NCBI RefSeq assembly: GCF_964355755.1
Contig: NC_092676.1
Coordinates: 18,060,871-18,124,870, forward strand
DNA length: 64,000 nt
Source: Antedon mediterranea
Taxonomy: Eukaryota; Animalia; Echinodermata
Direction: 5' to 3'
Position 1 is the first letter of the stretch; each line of letters starts with the position of its first letter. Below the pieces are notes generated by a model. The model ran no database searches. It was not told the DNA's origin and saw only the letters and a program-made list of their open reading frames with translations. Below are positions 52,638 to 64,000 of the stretch, in pieces. The position numbers were made by a program, and so were the translations under genes.

Positions 52638-55600
52638 CTGAATGAAAAGAAATAGGATAGTTATATATTCATAATTGATAATTGTAAAGTGTAAATAGCT
52701 AATTGCTAATTTCAAAAAGTGTAAATAGCTAATTTCAAAAAGTGTAAATAGCTAATTTCTAATTTAAAAAAATGTAATATTAGCCGTTTTTTCTTGCCAG
52801 CATGTATTTATTATATGGAATTCTTTTTTTATATAGAATACAATTTTCCTTGTTTCAGCAGTACAGCTGGGTCAACATTTTCTATCATGACTCGTCTTTA
52901 CAGACACATTCCATTATTGTTCCGGCCTTTTCACTGAGATTGAGAAGTTCACACGTATGAATTCTTCTGATAACTTTTTAACCACTTGTTACATTTGAAA
53001 ACAAAAGTGAATCTGTAAAATTGGTATTAAATGGCATTTAAATACAAAATCAAAGAGGGACAACAGATCACACCACCCTACATACAGCCATTTGCATTCA
53101 TAATGTCAAATAAATTTACTTACAACTCTGTTAAATTTACCAACTCTTTAAAAGTCTTTTCTTCATAATCTTTCAAGTTGTTGTATGTTAGGTTTCTGTA
53201 GGATAATAAATTCAGAATGATCATATTCATTTAATAATAACTTTAAATTCACATGTCATGAGGAAACTTTCTGAATGATTGAAATCAAAACAGTATTGGG
53301 TTTGGTTTACTAGCATTCCTGCTCCCAAAAGTCATCCATTCATAGAAGCACTGATGAAGAAAGTCTATCCATGGTGGCCATAGAATGGTCCTCAAACATA
53401 CTTTGGCTTTAGTTGATAGAAGTTTGAAACATTTTATTAGAAATAGAGTATATGTAAGTTATAAACTTTGTGGCAATGACAATGTTTACAAAAAGCTGAA
53501 TGTGCATTAGAGGCAAGAATACAAGCAGGTGTCTTACAATACAGATTATGAACTTACAGAATTAAAAGTGATGAAGCAAATGGAGAAAATGCACCATCCT
53601 CTATGTTAGTTATAGAGTTGTTCTGTAACTGTCTGTTAACAAATTAACAACAAAAATTATGATCCTAAATTTAGTTATTTCAGGACTGAAGATGATCAAC
53701 TGCAATTGCCTTTATTGGTATTTACTGCTCTGTCACAGTACTATATTATTCAATGTAATCAACTAAAGTACATGTTTTAAAGATACAGTATACTGTCCCA
53801 CTGTAAAAATGAATTTACTATTAATCTTTGTTAAATATGCCATTCTAATGTCACATAATAGTAATCATCAGTCATTGAAATTTTAAAATAAATAACAATT
53901 ATTACTATCAACTATGATTAATGAATTAAGAGTATAACACAATACGTACAAAACATACTTACAATCTTTGCAAATTGTTCAATCCATGAAATATATCAGC
54001 TGGTAAATTACTAATTTGGTTATAAGCCAAATATCTGCAAAAACAAAAAATGAACAACATTTAAAAGTGAAGTTTGACTATTTTATATTTTACCCGGTTT
54101 CACTATTTTGTTATCTTTAGTTTATTTTAACATAATTTAATAAGCAAAAGTACATATAAGGGCACTATACTGTATTTCATTAGTGATACATATATCAATC
54201 ATATTGATTGAATTATTAGTGTCTATGATTCATGCACCTTTCTGACCATTGATCATTCACTAGAGCACTGTTAATATGTCCATTAATACAACATCTGTAT
54301 CATTTTTTATAAAGCCAACACATTAAAAATATTTCATTTATGTAAAAATAATGTTTCAAATTTATAGTTTTTGTTTAATAATAACACAATACGTACAAAA
54401 CATACTTACAATATTTGCAAATTGTTCAATCTATCAAATATATCAGCTGGTAAATTTCGAATTTCATTACCATTCAACAATCTGAAAAAAAAAAAAAATT
54501 TACCACATTTAAAAGTGAAATTTGTCTATTTTATCACCCATGCTTTTACTAAATTTGTTTTCCTTCGTTTATTTTAACATACTTTTTAAGGCAAATTTGT
54601 ATGATAATTTATGTATGATAATTTTGTTCAGTTCTTTTTGTTATTATATTAGGCCATCTGGAATGATTAATGTTTAAGTTAAATGCCTTCAGTTGATTAT
54701 GTTGCTATAAACTATGATTAATGAATTGTGAGTAATAATAATGCAATAAGTACAAAACATACTTACAAGACTTGCAAATTGTTCAATCCATGAAATATAT
54801 CAGCTGGTAAATTACTAATTTGGTTGTCATCCAAATATCTGCAAAAACAAAAATAAACAACATTTAAAAGTGAAGTTTGTCTACTTTATACTACCCATAG
54901 TTTCACTATTTTGTTTTCTTTAGTTTATTTTAACATAATTTTTTATCCAACTTTTGGAATTTATGTATGATTATTTTGTTCAGGGTAAACTTTGCAAGTT
55001 GAAACAGAATTCATATCTTATAAAAGAGAGCACTGTGAATATGTCGATTAAATACAACAATCTGTCTCATTTTGGTTAAAATCAACACATTAAATTTTTT
55101 ATTTATGAAAATAATGTTGCAAATTAAATTTTTTTGTAATATGATTAATATTACTTAAATAGACGATTCACAATTATTTTGTAAATGTTACAATAAATTT
55201 CAATTCTTATTTTCAACTATGATTAATGAATTGTTAGTAATAATAATACAATATGTACAAAACATACTTACAATATTTGCAAATTGTTCAATCCATGAAA
55301 TATATCAGCTGGTAAATTACTAATTTGGTTATTATACAAATATCTGCAAAAACAAAAATGAACAACATTTAAAAGTGAAGTTTGTCTACTTTATATTACC
55401 CATGGTTTCACTATTTTGTTTCTTTAGTTTATTTTAACATAATTTTGTATCCAACTTTTGGAATTTATGATCTTGTTTAGGGTAAACTTAACATTGCGAG
55501 TTGAAACAGAATTCATATCTTATAAAAGAGAGCACTGTGAATATGTCCATTAAATACAATAATTTGTTTCATTGTGGTTAAAATCAACACATCAAAAATA

Positions 55601-58600
55601 TTTGATTTATATGAAAATAATGTTGAAAAATTAATGTTTTTGTTTAATTTGATTAACTTAAATTAATCATTTCACAATTATTTTACAAATGTTATAATAA
55701 ATTCCAATTATTGCTATTCATCATCATTAAGTCACTTTTAAGTCTTAAAAGACTTCTTCAATCAGAGAGATTATTAGCCAAAGTGTACATAGACTTATTT
55801 ATTTTATCTTTTTGCATCATTTTCTATAATTTTTATCCATGTGGTTCTAGGTTGTTCTCTTTTGTCATTGATTCAGATAGAGCTCCTTGTGCTGGGATAT
55901 CAGAGTCTAGACAAAGAAGGTGTCCACACCATGTCAAGCGTCTTCTCTTTATAACTCTGTTCCATTTTTCTTCATTTGTGCTGTTATATAAATCTATATT
56001 TGTTATTATATTAGGCCATTTGGAATAATTAATGTTTAAGTTAAATGCCTTCAGTTGATTATGTTGCTATCAACTTTGATTAATGAATTGTGAGTAATAA
56101 TAATGCAATATGTACAAAACATGCTTACAATCTTTGCAAATTGTTCAATCCATGAAATATATCAGCTGGTAAATTACTAATTTTATTGTCCCACAAATAT
56201 CTGCAAAAATAAAAAATGAACAACATTTAAAAGTGAAGTTTGTCTACTTTATATGCTACCCATGGTTTCACTATTTTGTTTCTTTAGTTTATTTTAACAT
56301 AATTTTGTATCCAACTTTTTAAATTTATGTTTGATCTTGTTTAGAAGTATATAAAAAGAAAGTTGAAGAATTAATGTTTTTATTTAACATGATTAACTTA
56401 AATTAATCATTTCACAATAATTTTACAAATGTTATAATAAATTGCAATTATTGCTATTCATCATCATCACGAACACTGAACGTCATGTGACATAGTGCAC
56501 TTAAGACTTCTCCAATCAGAGAGATTATTAGCCAAAGTGTACATAGACTTATTTATTTTATCTTTTTGCATCATTTTCTATAATTTTTATCCATGTGGTT
56601 CTAGGTTGTTCTATTCTGTCATTGATTCAGATAGAGCTCCTTGTGCTAGGATATCAGAGTCTAGACAAAGAAAGTGTCCACACCATGTCAAGCGTCTTCT
56701 CTTTATAACTCTGTTCCATTTTTCTTCATTTGTGCTGTTATATAAATCTATATTTGTTATTATATTAGGCCATTTGGAATAATTAATGTTTAAGTTAAAT
56801 GCCTTCAGTTGATTATGTTGCTATCAACTATGATTAATGAATTGTGAGTAATAATAATGCAATATGTACAAAACATACTTACAAGACTTGCAAATTGTTC
56901 AATCCATGAAATATATCAGCTGGTAAATTACTAATTTGGTTGTCCCACAAACCTCTGCAAAAAAAAAACATGAACCATATTCATTAAAAGTGAAATTTGC
57001 CCACTATTTATGCTACCAATTTGCATCATTTTCTATAATTTTTATCCATGTGGTTCTAGGTTGTTCTCTTCTGTCATTGATTCTGATAGAGCTCCTTGTG
57101 CTGGTATATCGTAGTCTAGACAAAGAAGGTGTCCACACCATGTCAAGCATCTTCTCTTTATAACTCTGTTCCATTTTTCCTCATTTGTGCTGTTATATAA
57201 ATATATATTTGTTATTATATTAGGCCATTTGGAATAATTAATGTTTAAGTTAAATGCCTTCAGTTGATAATGTTGCTATCAACTTTGATTAATGAATTGT
57301 GAGTAATAATAATGCAATACAGTAGAACCTCCATTTTACGTACGGTACGGGACCGAAAGGCGTACGTAAAACAAAGGATTCGTAAAATCAAGGTTGACCT
57401 TAAATTGACCCCAAATACGTAGAGATCGTAGCTATAAAGGCTACCCTGTTTGTCTACTTTACTGAACAGCATGCAGGTTGTCACTAGCTAGGCCTTGCCT
57501 AGACTATTCAGGCCAGGCTAGCAGGCCTAGCAAGATGTGAGGCCTAACTAGAAAAGTACAGTACTGTACAGTATATACAGGCTGTGAGATGTTTAAATAA
57601 AGTGTAAAATATCAATGTTCTTGTATTTTCTATCAATAAAAACAGTCGCTGCTTAAATGCACGTGCGTAGCTTGTCTCAAACACACAGCAGAATTCCACA
57701 CACACAGCCACAGCTTTGTTGTTGTGCTTTGTTGTTGTGCTTTGTTGTTGTTAAATTGCGCCCTCAATGTAAGAAAATGATGACGTCATCGGTTATTTTA
57801 AGCGTACGTAAAATCAAGGGAACGTAAAATCAGGGTACGTAAAACACAGGTTCTACTGTATGTACAAAACATACTTACAATCCTTGCAAATTGTTCAATC
57901 CATGAAATATATCAGCTGGTAAATTACTAATTTGGTTGTCCGACAAATCTCTGCAAAAATAAAAAATGAACAACATTTAAAAGTGAAGTTTGACTACTTT
58001 ATATGCTACCCATGGTTTCACTATTTTGTTTCTTTAGTTTATATCAACATAATTTTGTATCCAACTTTTAAAATTTATGTTTGATCTTGTTTAGAGAAAG
58101 TATATAAAAAGAAAGTTGAAAAATTAATGTTTTTATTTAACATGATTAACTTAAATTAATCATTTCACATAAATAAATTGCCTAAAACAGGTGCAAGTGG
58201 GGATCCCATTGACACACCGTCTATTTGATCATAAATATCACCATTGAATTTGAAATTGGTTTTTTCCGTAGCAAGTAAAAACAATTTGCGTAAATCGCTT
58301 TTGTTTAAGCTCATATTATAATTGACATCATTAGTGATATAGTCAACAGCAATGTCAATGCATTCAAACAGGGGGATGTTCGTGAACAAACTAACAACAT
58401 CAAATGACACCATACATTTGTGTGTCAACATGTTGGATTTCCTTCACAAATGTGAATGAATCAGTCGCCACATATTGATTGATTGCACCTGTTTTAGCCA
58501 ATTTATTTATGGGTCATCATGAACAAACATGGTTAAAGAACTTCTCACAAGCTTCGGTCATGTTTTACCGTCGTTATGTTGATGACATTTTTTGTTTATT

Positions 58601-61600
58601 CAATACAAAAGATGATGCAAATACTTTCTTTGACTATATTAACGATCAGCACCCCAACATAAAGTTCACAATTGAATGAGATTGACCATCGTCTTCCATT
58701 TTTAGATATAATTTTAAACAATAATGGTTCTTCTGTCATAACTTCGGTCTTCAGAAAGCCTACCTTCACGGGTCTCCTAACTAATATTAACAGTTTCAAT
58801 TCCTTTTCTTACAAAATTGGGCTTGTTCGTACTTTGATTGACAGAGTTTACAAATTGAATCATTCCTGGTCTAGCTTTAAAAACAATGACATTTCAACTC
58901 TTAAAACCATTTTAAGTAAAAACTGTTTTCCACTCAGTATAATAGAGAGGTTTCGCAATCTTACGAATACGATAACGAAAACGGATACGTCACGCACACG
59001 TATTCGTTTTCGTAAGCCAGTAAAAAATCTGTTTCGCATGACAACGAAATATTGAGGGCGCCGTCTAAACCATGAAAAAAAATTGATTATGTTGCTATTA
59101 TTATCTATGATTAATAATTGTGAGTAATAATAATGCAATAAGTACAAAACATACTTACAACACTAGCAAATTGTTTAATCCATGAAATATATCAGCTGGT
59201 AAATTACTAATTTGGTTGTCCGACAAACCTCTGCAAAAATAAAAAATGAACAACATTTAAAAGTGAAGTTTGTCTACTTTATATGCTACCCATAGTTTCA
59301 CTATTTTGTTTCTTTAGTTTATTTTAACATAATTTTGTATCCAACTTTTTAAATTTATGTTTGATCTTGTTTAGAGAAAGTATATAAAAAGAAAGTTGAA
59401 GAATTAATGTTTTTATTTAACATGATTAACTTAAATTAATCATTTCACAAAAATTTTACAAATGTTATAATAAATTCCAATTATTGCTATTCATCATCAT
59501 CACGAACACTGAACGTCATGTGACATAGTGCACTTAAGACTTCTTCAATCAGAGAGATTATTGGCCAAAGTGTACATAGACTTATTTGTTCTAAAATTTT
59601 TATCCATGTGGTTTTAGGTCGTGTCTTGACTTTTCTCATTGATTCAGATAGAGTTCATTGCGCTGGGATATCGTAGTCTAGATGAAGAAAGTGTCCACAC
59701 CATGTCAAGCGTCTTCTCTTTATAACTCTGTTCCATTTTTCCTCATTTGTGCTGTTATATAAATCTATATTTGTTATTTGGTTGTCCCACAAAAAAAAAC
59801 ATGAACCATATTTAAAAGTGAAATTTGCCCACTATATACACTACCAATGGTTTTGTCTACTTTATATATTACCCATGGTTTCACTATTTTGTTTTCTTTA
59901 GTATATTTTAACATAGTTTTTAAGCCAATCTTTTATGATAATTTATGTATGATTATTTTATTCAGGGAAACTTATAACATTACAAATTGAAAAATAATTC
60001 ATCATATCTTACAAAAGAGAGCACTATGAATATCTTGTTATAATTTGAGTAAGAGAAAAGGGGTTTGTTATAAATTTTATATTAAATTACAATTATTAAT
60101 GAATATAGAGTAATAGTAAGTATCTATATATAAATTTACGTAAGGGCAAAATTCGGTAAATCGCGCCTTACTTCTAGAATTTTCACTCGATGGTATGTAA
60201 AGTTGGTTCGTACTTTCGGTACTTATTTTAACCGCCTGATGTAACCCTGTTTACTAATTAAATTGAGTTAGATAATTAGTTATTGACGATTAAAACGAAT
60301 TTAGGTTCAAAGATTTTTTTCCGATCGTGGTATACACTGTCTAATGGATGTCCATCTTGAAAAATACCCGCCAAAAAAATGCGAGGAGGCTTCGCATTTT
60401 TCTATCTCCTCCTACGATAATTGTTTTTAATAGCTGAAAACCGGTTGAACAGCTAGAGTACACCATCATAATGTTGAAGACAGGCCGATTTTCTTTAAAA
60501 AATACTATTTTGATAGATTTAATATACGATTATACAAATGTATTGATTTGCGATGAATGGAACATCCCAATCTCTCAGTCTGCCAGAGTTGGTTTAACAC
60601 AAGTACTGTAGGTAAATTTATGAGCCCTTGGTTTAACACATACGGTAGGTAAATATATGGGCCCTTTGAGAATAAACTTGCAATACTTTGACAATACTGT
60701 AAATACCTATTAACTATTTTTCATTTGAATCGAACATTTCTTACTGTGAATGTTTGTACTGTTAGATGTAATATAAAAATATATACAAATAAACTTTATT
60801 ACTGAGACTGTGGATAGGCTCTACTGTTAGATATACAAATAAACTTTATACTGACAGTTCCTTCTCAACGTTTGTATTAATTAATAATTACCAAAAATAT
60901 AAACGTCGTAGTGGTGTATCGTGACATGTACTTTAATATTTCAATCGATTATGACAGTGACAATTTTAACAAAGTATTAAATCGCAAATGTTTTAGGCCT
61001 ACTGTATTTAGAGGTATATTATTTATAGGCCTATAAAACATGAACAAAATATTTCGTTACTCAGTGGATAAAGAATATATTTAAAAATTGTTCCTCTTTG
61101 TACCTATCCGCTTTCTCATCCCTCAACCCTAATGTTACATAGCGAGGAGGCTTCGCATTTTCCTATCTCCTCCTACGATAATTGTTTTTAATAGCTGAAA
61201 ACCGGTTGAACAGCTAGAGTACACCATCATAATGTTGAAGACAGGCCGATTTTCTTTAAAAAAATACTATTTTGATAGATTGCTAGAGTACACCATCATA
61301 ATGTTGAAGACAGGCCGATTTTCTTTAAAAAATACTATTTTGATAGATTTAATATACGATTATACAAATGTATTGATTTGCGATGAATGGAACATCCAGT
61401 AGTTTGGTTTAACACAAGTACTGTAGGTAAATTTATGAGCCCTTGGTTTAACACATACGGTAGGTAAATATATGGGCCCTTTGAGAATAAACTTGCAATA
61501 GGTTCCGAAAATGTTAAAAACCAATTTCTATTATTTGAATCGGTAAACAGTTTCCATTTATTATACATTGATAATGAAACATGAAATATTCCTATTTATG

Positions 61601-63649
61601 TCCCTCGAGGTTCATTTCTTACTGTGAATGTTCGTACTGTTAGATGTAATATAAAAATATATACAAATAAACTTTATTACTGAGACTGTGGATAGGCTCT
61701 ACTGTTAGATATACAAATAAACTTTATACTGACAGTTCCTTCTCAACGTTTGTATTAATTAATAATTACCAAAAATATAAACGTCGTAGTGGTGTATCGT
61801 GACATGTACTTTAATATTTCAATCGATTATGACAGTGACAATTTTAACAAAGTATTAAATCGCAAATGTTTTAGGCCTACTGTATTTAGAGGTATATTAT
61901 TTATAGGCCTATAAAACATGAACAAAATATTTCGTTACTCAGTGGATAAAGAATATATTTAAAAATTGTTCCTCTTTGTACCTATCCGCTTTCCCATCCC
62001 TCAACCCTAATGTTACATAGCGAGGAGGCTTCGCATTTTCCTATCTCCTCCTACGATAATTGTTTTTAATAGCTGAAAACCGGTTGAACAGCTAGAGTAC
62101 ACCATCATAATGTTGAAGACAGGCCGATTTTCTTTAAAAAAATACTATTTTGATAGATTGCTAGAGTACACCATCATAATGTTGAAGACAGGCCGATTTT
62201 CTTTAAAAAATACTATTTTGATAGATTTAATATACGATTATACAAATGTATTGATTTGCGATGAATGGAACATCCAGTAGTTTGGTTTAACACAAGTACT
62301 GTAGGTAAATTTATGAGCCCTTGGTTTAACACATACGGTAGGTAAATATATGGGCCCTTTGAGAATAAACTTGCAATAGGTTCGGAAAATGTTAAAAACC
62401 AATTTCTATTATTTGAATCGGTAAACAGTTTCCATTTATTATACATTGATAATGAAACATGAAATATTCCTATTTATGTCCCTCGAGGTTCATTACAATT
62501 TATATTTAGTAGTCCCACGGACTTCATCTTAGCCACTCCCCCGAGTGCTAAGGCCAAATTTATGATACCCTACTTTCTATGTAGTTACAGTTAGTTCTTG
62601 ACGATAATAATAATACAACGAATTTAGGTTACACCCTTCGGCCGCGAAAACGTTTCTGTACAAATATGATACCGATTGGCTTTATTTCATTCAACAGCGA
62701 CCATAATCTCGGCAATTACAGGATAGATAAACTATTTTATTATTGATGTGCTTATAAATTAAGACTCATGTAAACAGCTTGATTACATCATTTTACAGAC
62801 AAACGAAACTTTTTTAAACCTACTGTTTCAATAACTGAGTATAATACTGTATACGTTTTCATAAGTGCATATACATTTTCGTGTTTTCATTGACGAGATT
62901 GTAATAGTAACTTCAGTAACTATTACAGTACTTATTTATTATACGACACAAGACAATTGTATCTGACAGGTACGTACATTATTCTAAAAAATAAGTCTAG
63001 ATAGATCCCTTAGGCGTCATAAATCACAGGCCAACAAATCAGTACTCATGACAGAAATTCGACCCAGTTTGGTTCACACAAATGTTTACAGGAAGTTCAA
63101 CACCACAACCGATGATTTGCCCTAAATATTTAGGTAGACTACAGTTTAATTTTTCACTGAATAGGAGCTTGAATTTCCGATTTCCATTTCGCAGAATGTC
63201 TAGGTCTATTTATTTAGTTTGGTTCTTATAATATATAAATACAATCAACTTTATTACTGCGGTTCCATCACCACCACCACGTGCTGCCGCCCAATTCCCG
63301 TACATACATTTCCATTTCTCCCTAATTTCTTTAATCCACATAAATTAATTGTCCTTTATGGAATCCAGTATTGGTTTTGTTGTCTCTATTTCTGAATACC
63401 CCAATTAGGGGGACACTTCCGTTTTTGTTTAGTGTCCCAAAAAAGTCCCCGTCCGTGGATTCTACTGTATTCGAGAACCATCTGTGAGCACCCCTAGATG
63501 GTACGCGAGCGAAGCGAGCGTGCCATCTAGTTATTACAAGTATAAGTAATAATACAATAAGTTCAAAACATACTTACAATGATTGAACATTTATCAATTC
63601 ATGAAATATATTTGTTGGTAAATTACTAATTTGGTTGTTATTCAACCAT
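51653..63649 (-). CDS. Copy B of the LRR-7TM receptor, 3' part (5' exons lie beyond the window)
   Basis: Exons: 63649-63578; cassettes 59230-59159, 57950-57879, 56954-56883, 56200-56129, 55343-55272, 54838-54767, 54481-54410, 54034-53963; then 53632-53558 (75 nt), 53195-53124 and 52637-51653 (7TM). All introns are phase 2. Confidence 0.85.
57320..57858. mobile_element. Tc1/mariner-superfamily (pogo/Tigger-like) MITE
   Basis: TA TSD; 24-bp TIR cagtagaacctNNNttttacgtac; empty site gcaatatgtac in sibling cassettes. Confidence 0.92.
58169..59080. mobile_element. Penelope-like RT fragment with internal inversion
   Basis: Minus 58478->58169: DSFTFV, SFDVVSLFTNIP, QIDGVSMGSPLAPVL. Plus 58479->~58950: APVLANLFM, YRRYVDDIF, IKFTIE, LPFLD, VFRKPT. 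Confidence 0.88.
60123..63530 (+). mobile_element. Non-autonomous Helitron with internal ~878-bp tandem repeats
   Basis: A|TC 5' end; 3' hairpin ctagatggtacgc...gcgtgccatCTAG|T; internal repeats start at ~60382, 61142 and 62020. Confidence 0.82.
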
Positions 63650-64000
63650 CTGCAAAAATAAAATGACCAACATTTAAAATTTAAATTTCTCTACTTTATG
63701 TTAGACATGGTTTCACTAGTTTTCTTTATTTTATCTTCAAATAAGAAACATTTTTATAACTTTTTATAACAGAATTCATATCTTAAAAAAGAGAACACTG
63801 AAAATTTGTTTCATTTTTGCTAAAACCAATGCCTTAAATATATTTTATTTACATGAAAAGAATGTTGCAAAATTTTCTTTAATCATTTCACAATTAATTA
63901 ATTAATAAATTATTTTGCAACTATTTCCGTATTAATGAAATTAGAGTAATAATAACTATTATAAGTATAAAACACACAAATACAACGTTTGCATCAAATA

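Larger units (their letters stand above)
53900..59900 (-). repeat. Tandem LRR exon-intron cassette array of copy B
   Basis: Same cassette, 8 intact copies plus an ~18-nt exon remnant near 59776-59793. Order and intron lengths differ from copy A. Confidence 0.92.
34421..64000. repeat. Large tandem segmental duplication, unit 2 (nearly complete at the window end)
   Basis: Colinear with unit 1; differs by TE insertions, satellite copy number and LRR cassette content. Confidence 0.92.

Noticed and set aside
22477-59230. Diversity-generating retroelement or RAG-type rearrangement driving LRR variation
   Set aside because: No template/variable repeat pair with adenine-specific changes and no heptamer/nonamer signals noticed. 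The RT fragments are broken, copy-specific ordinary retrotransposons.
61335-62446. Duplicated 77-aa ORF
   Set aside because: Lies within the internal tandem repeat of a non-autonomous Helitron; no Rep/helicase motifs.

Overview
AT-rich, intron-containing animal DNA, most likely a marine invertebrate (taxon is inference only). The window is a head-to-tail tandem array of ~30-34 kb units. It carries three copies of one minus-strand receptor gene: the 5' part of copy 0 (runs off the left edge), a complete copy A (40316->20186) and the 3' part of copy B (runs off the right edge). Manual exon reconstruction from GT/AG sites gives signal peptide - EGF - LRRNT - 15 LRR exons - GRL101/LGR-like 7TM (797 aa for copy A). 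The core of each gene is an array of near-identical 72-nt, phase 2-2 LRR exon cassettes (12 intact in A, 8 in B). Each cassette has a nearly invariant core ([17 protein letters not shown]) and is hypervariable only at the codons forming the concave LxxLxLxxN beta-strand, which is split across the intron. Most cassettes are amplified together with an RTE-like LINE fragment. This looks like a VLR-like, exon-shuffling variable LRR-GPCR locus. The rest is satellites (55 and 67 bp) and many copy-specific TE insertions (SINE, CR1/L2, Penelope-like, Helitron-like, MITEs). No prokaryotic features or CRISPR array. All exon calls are by eye, with no transcript support.
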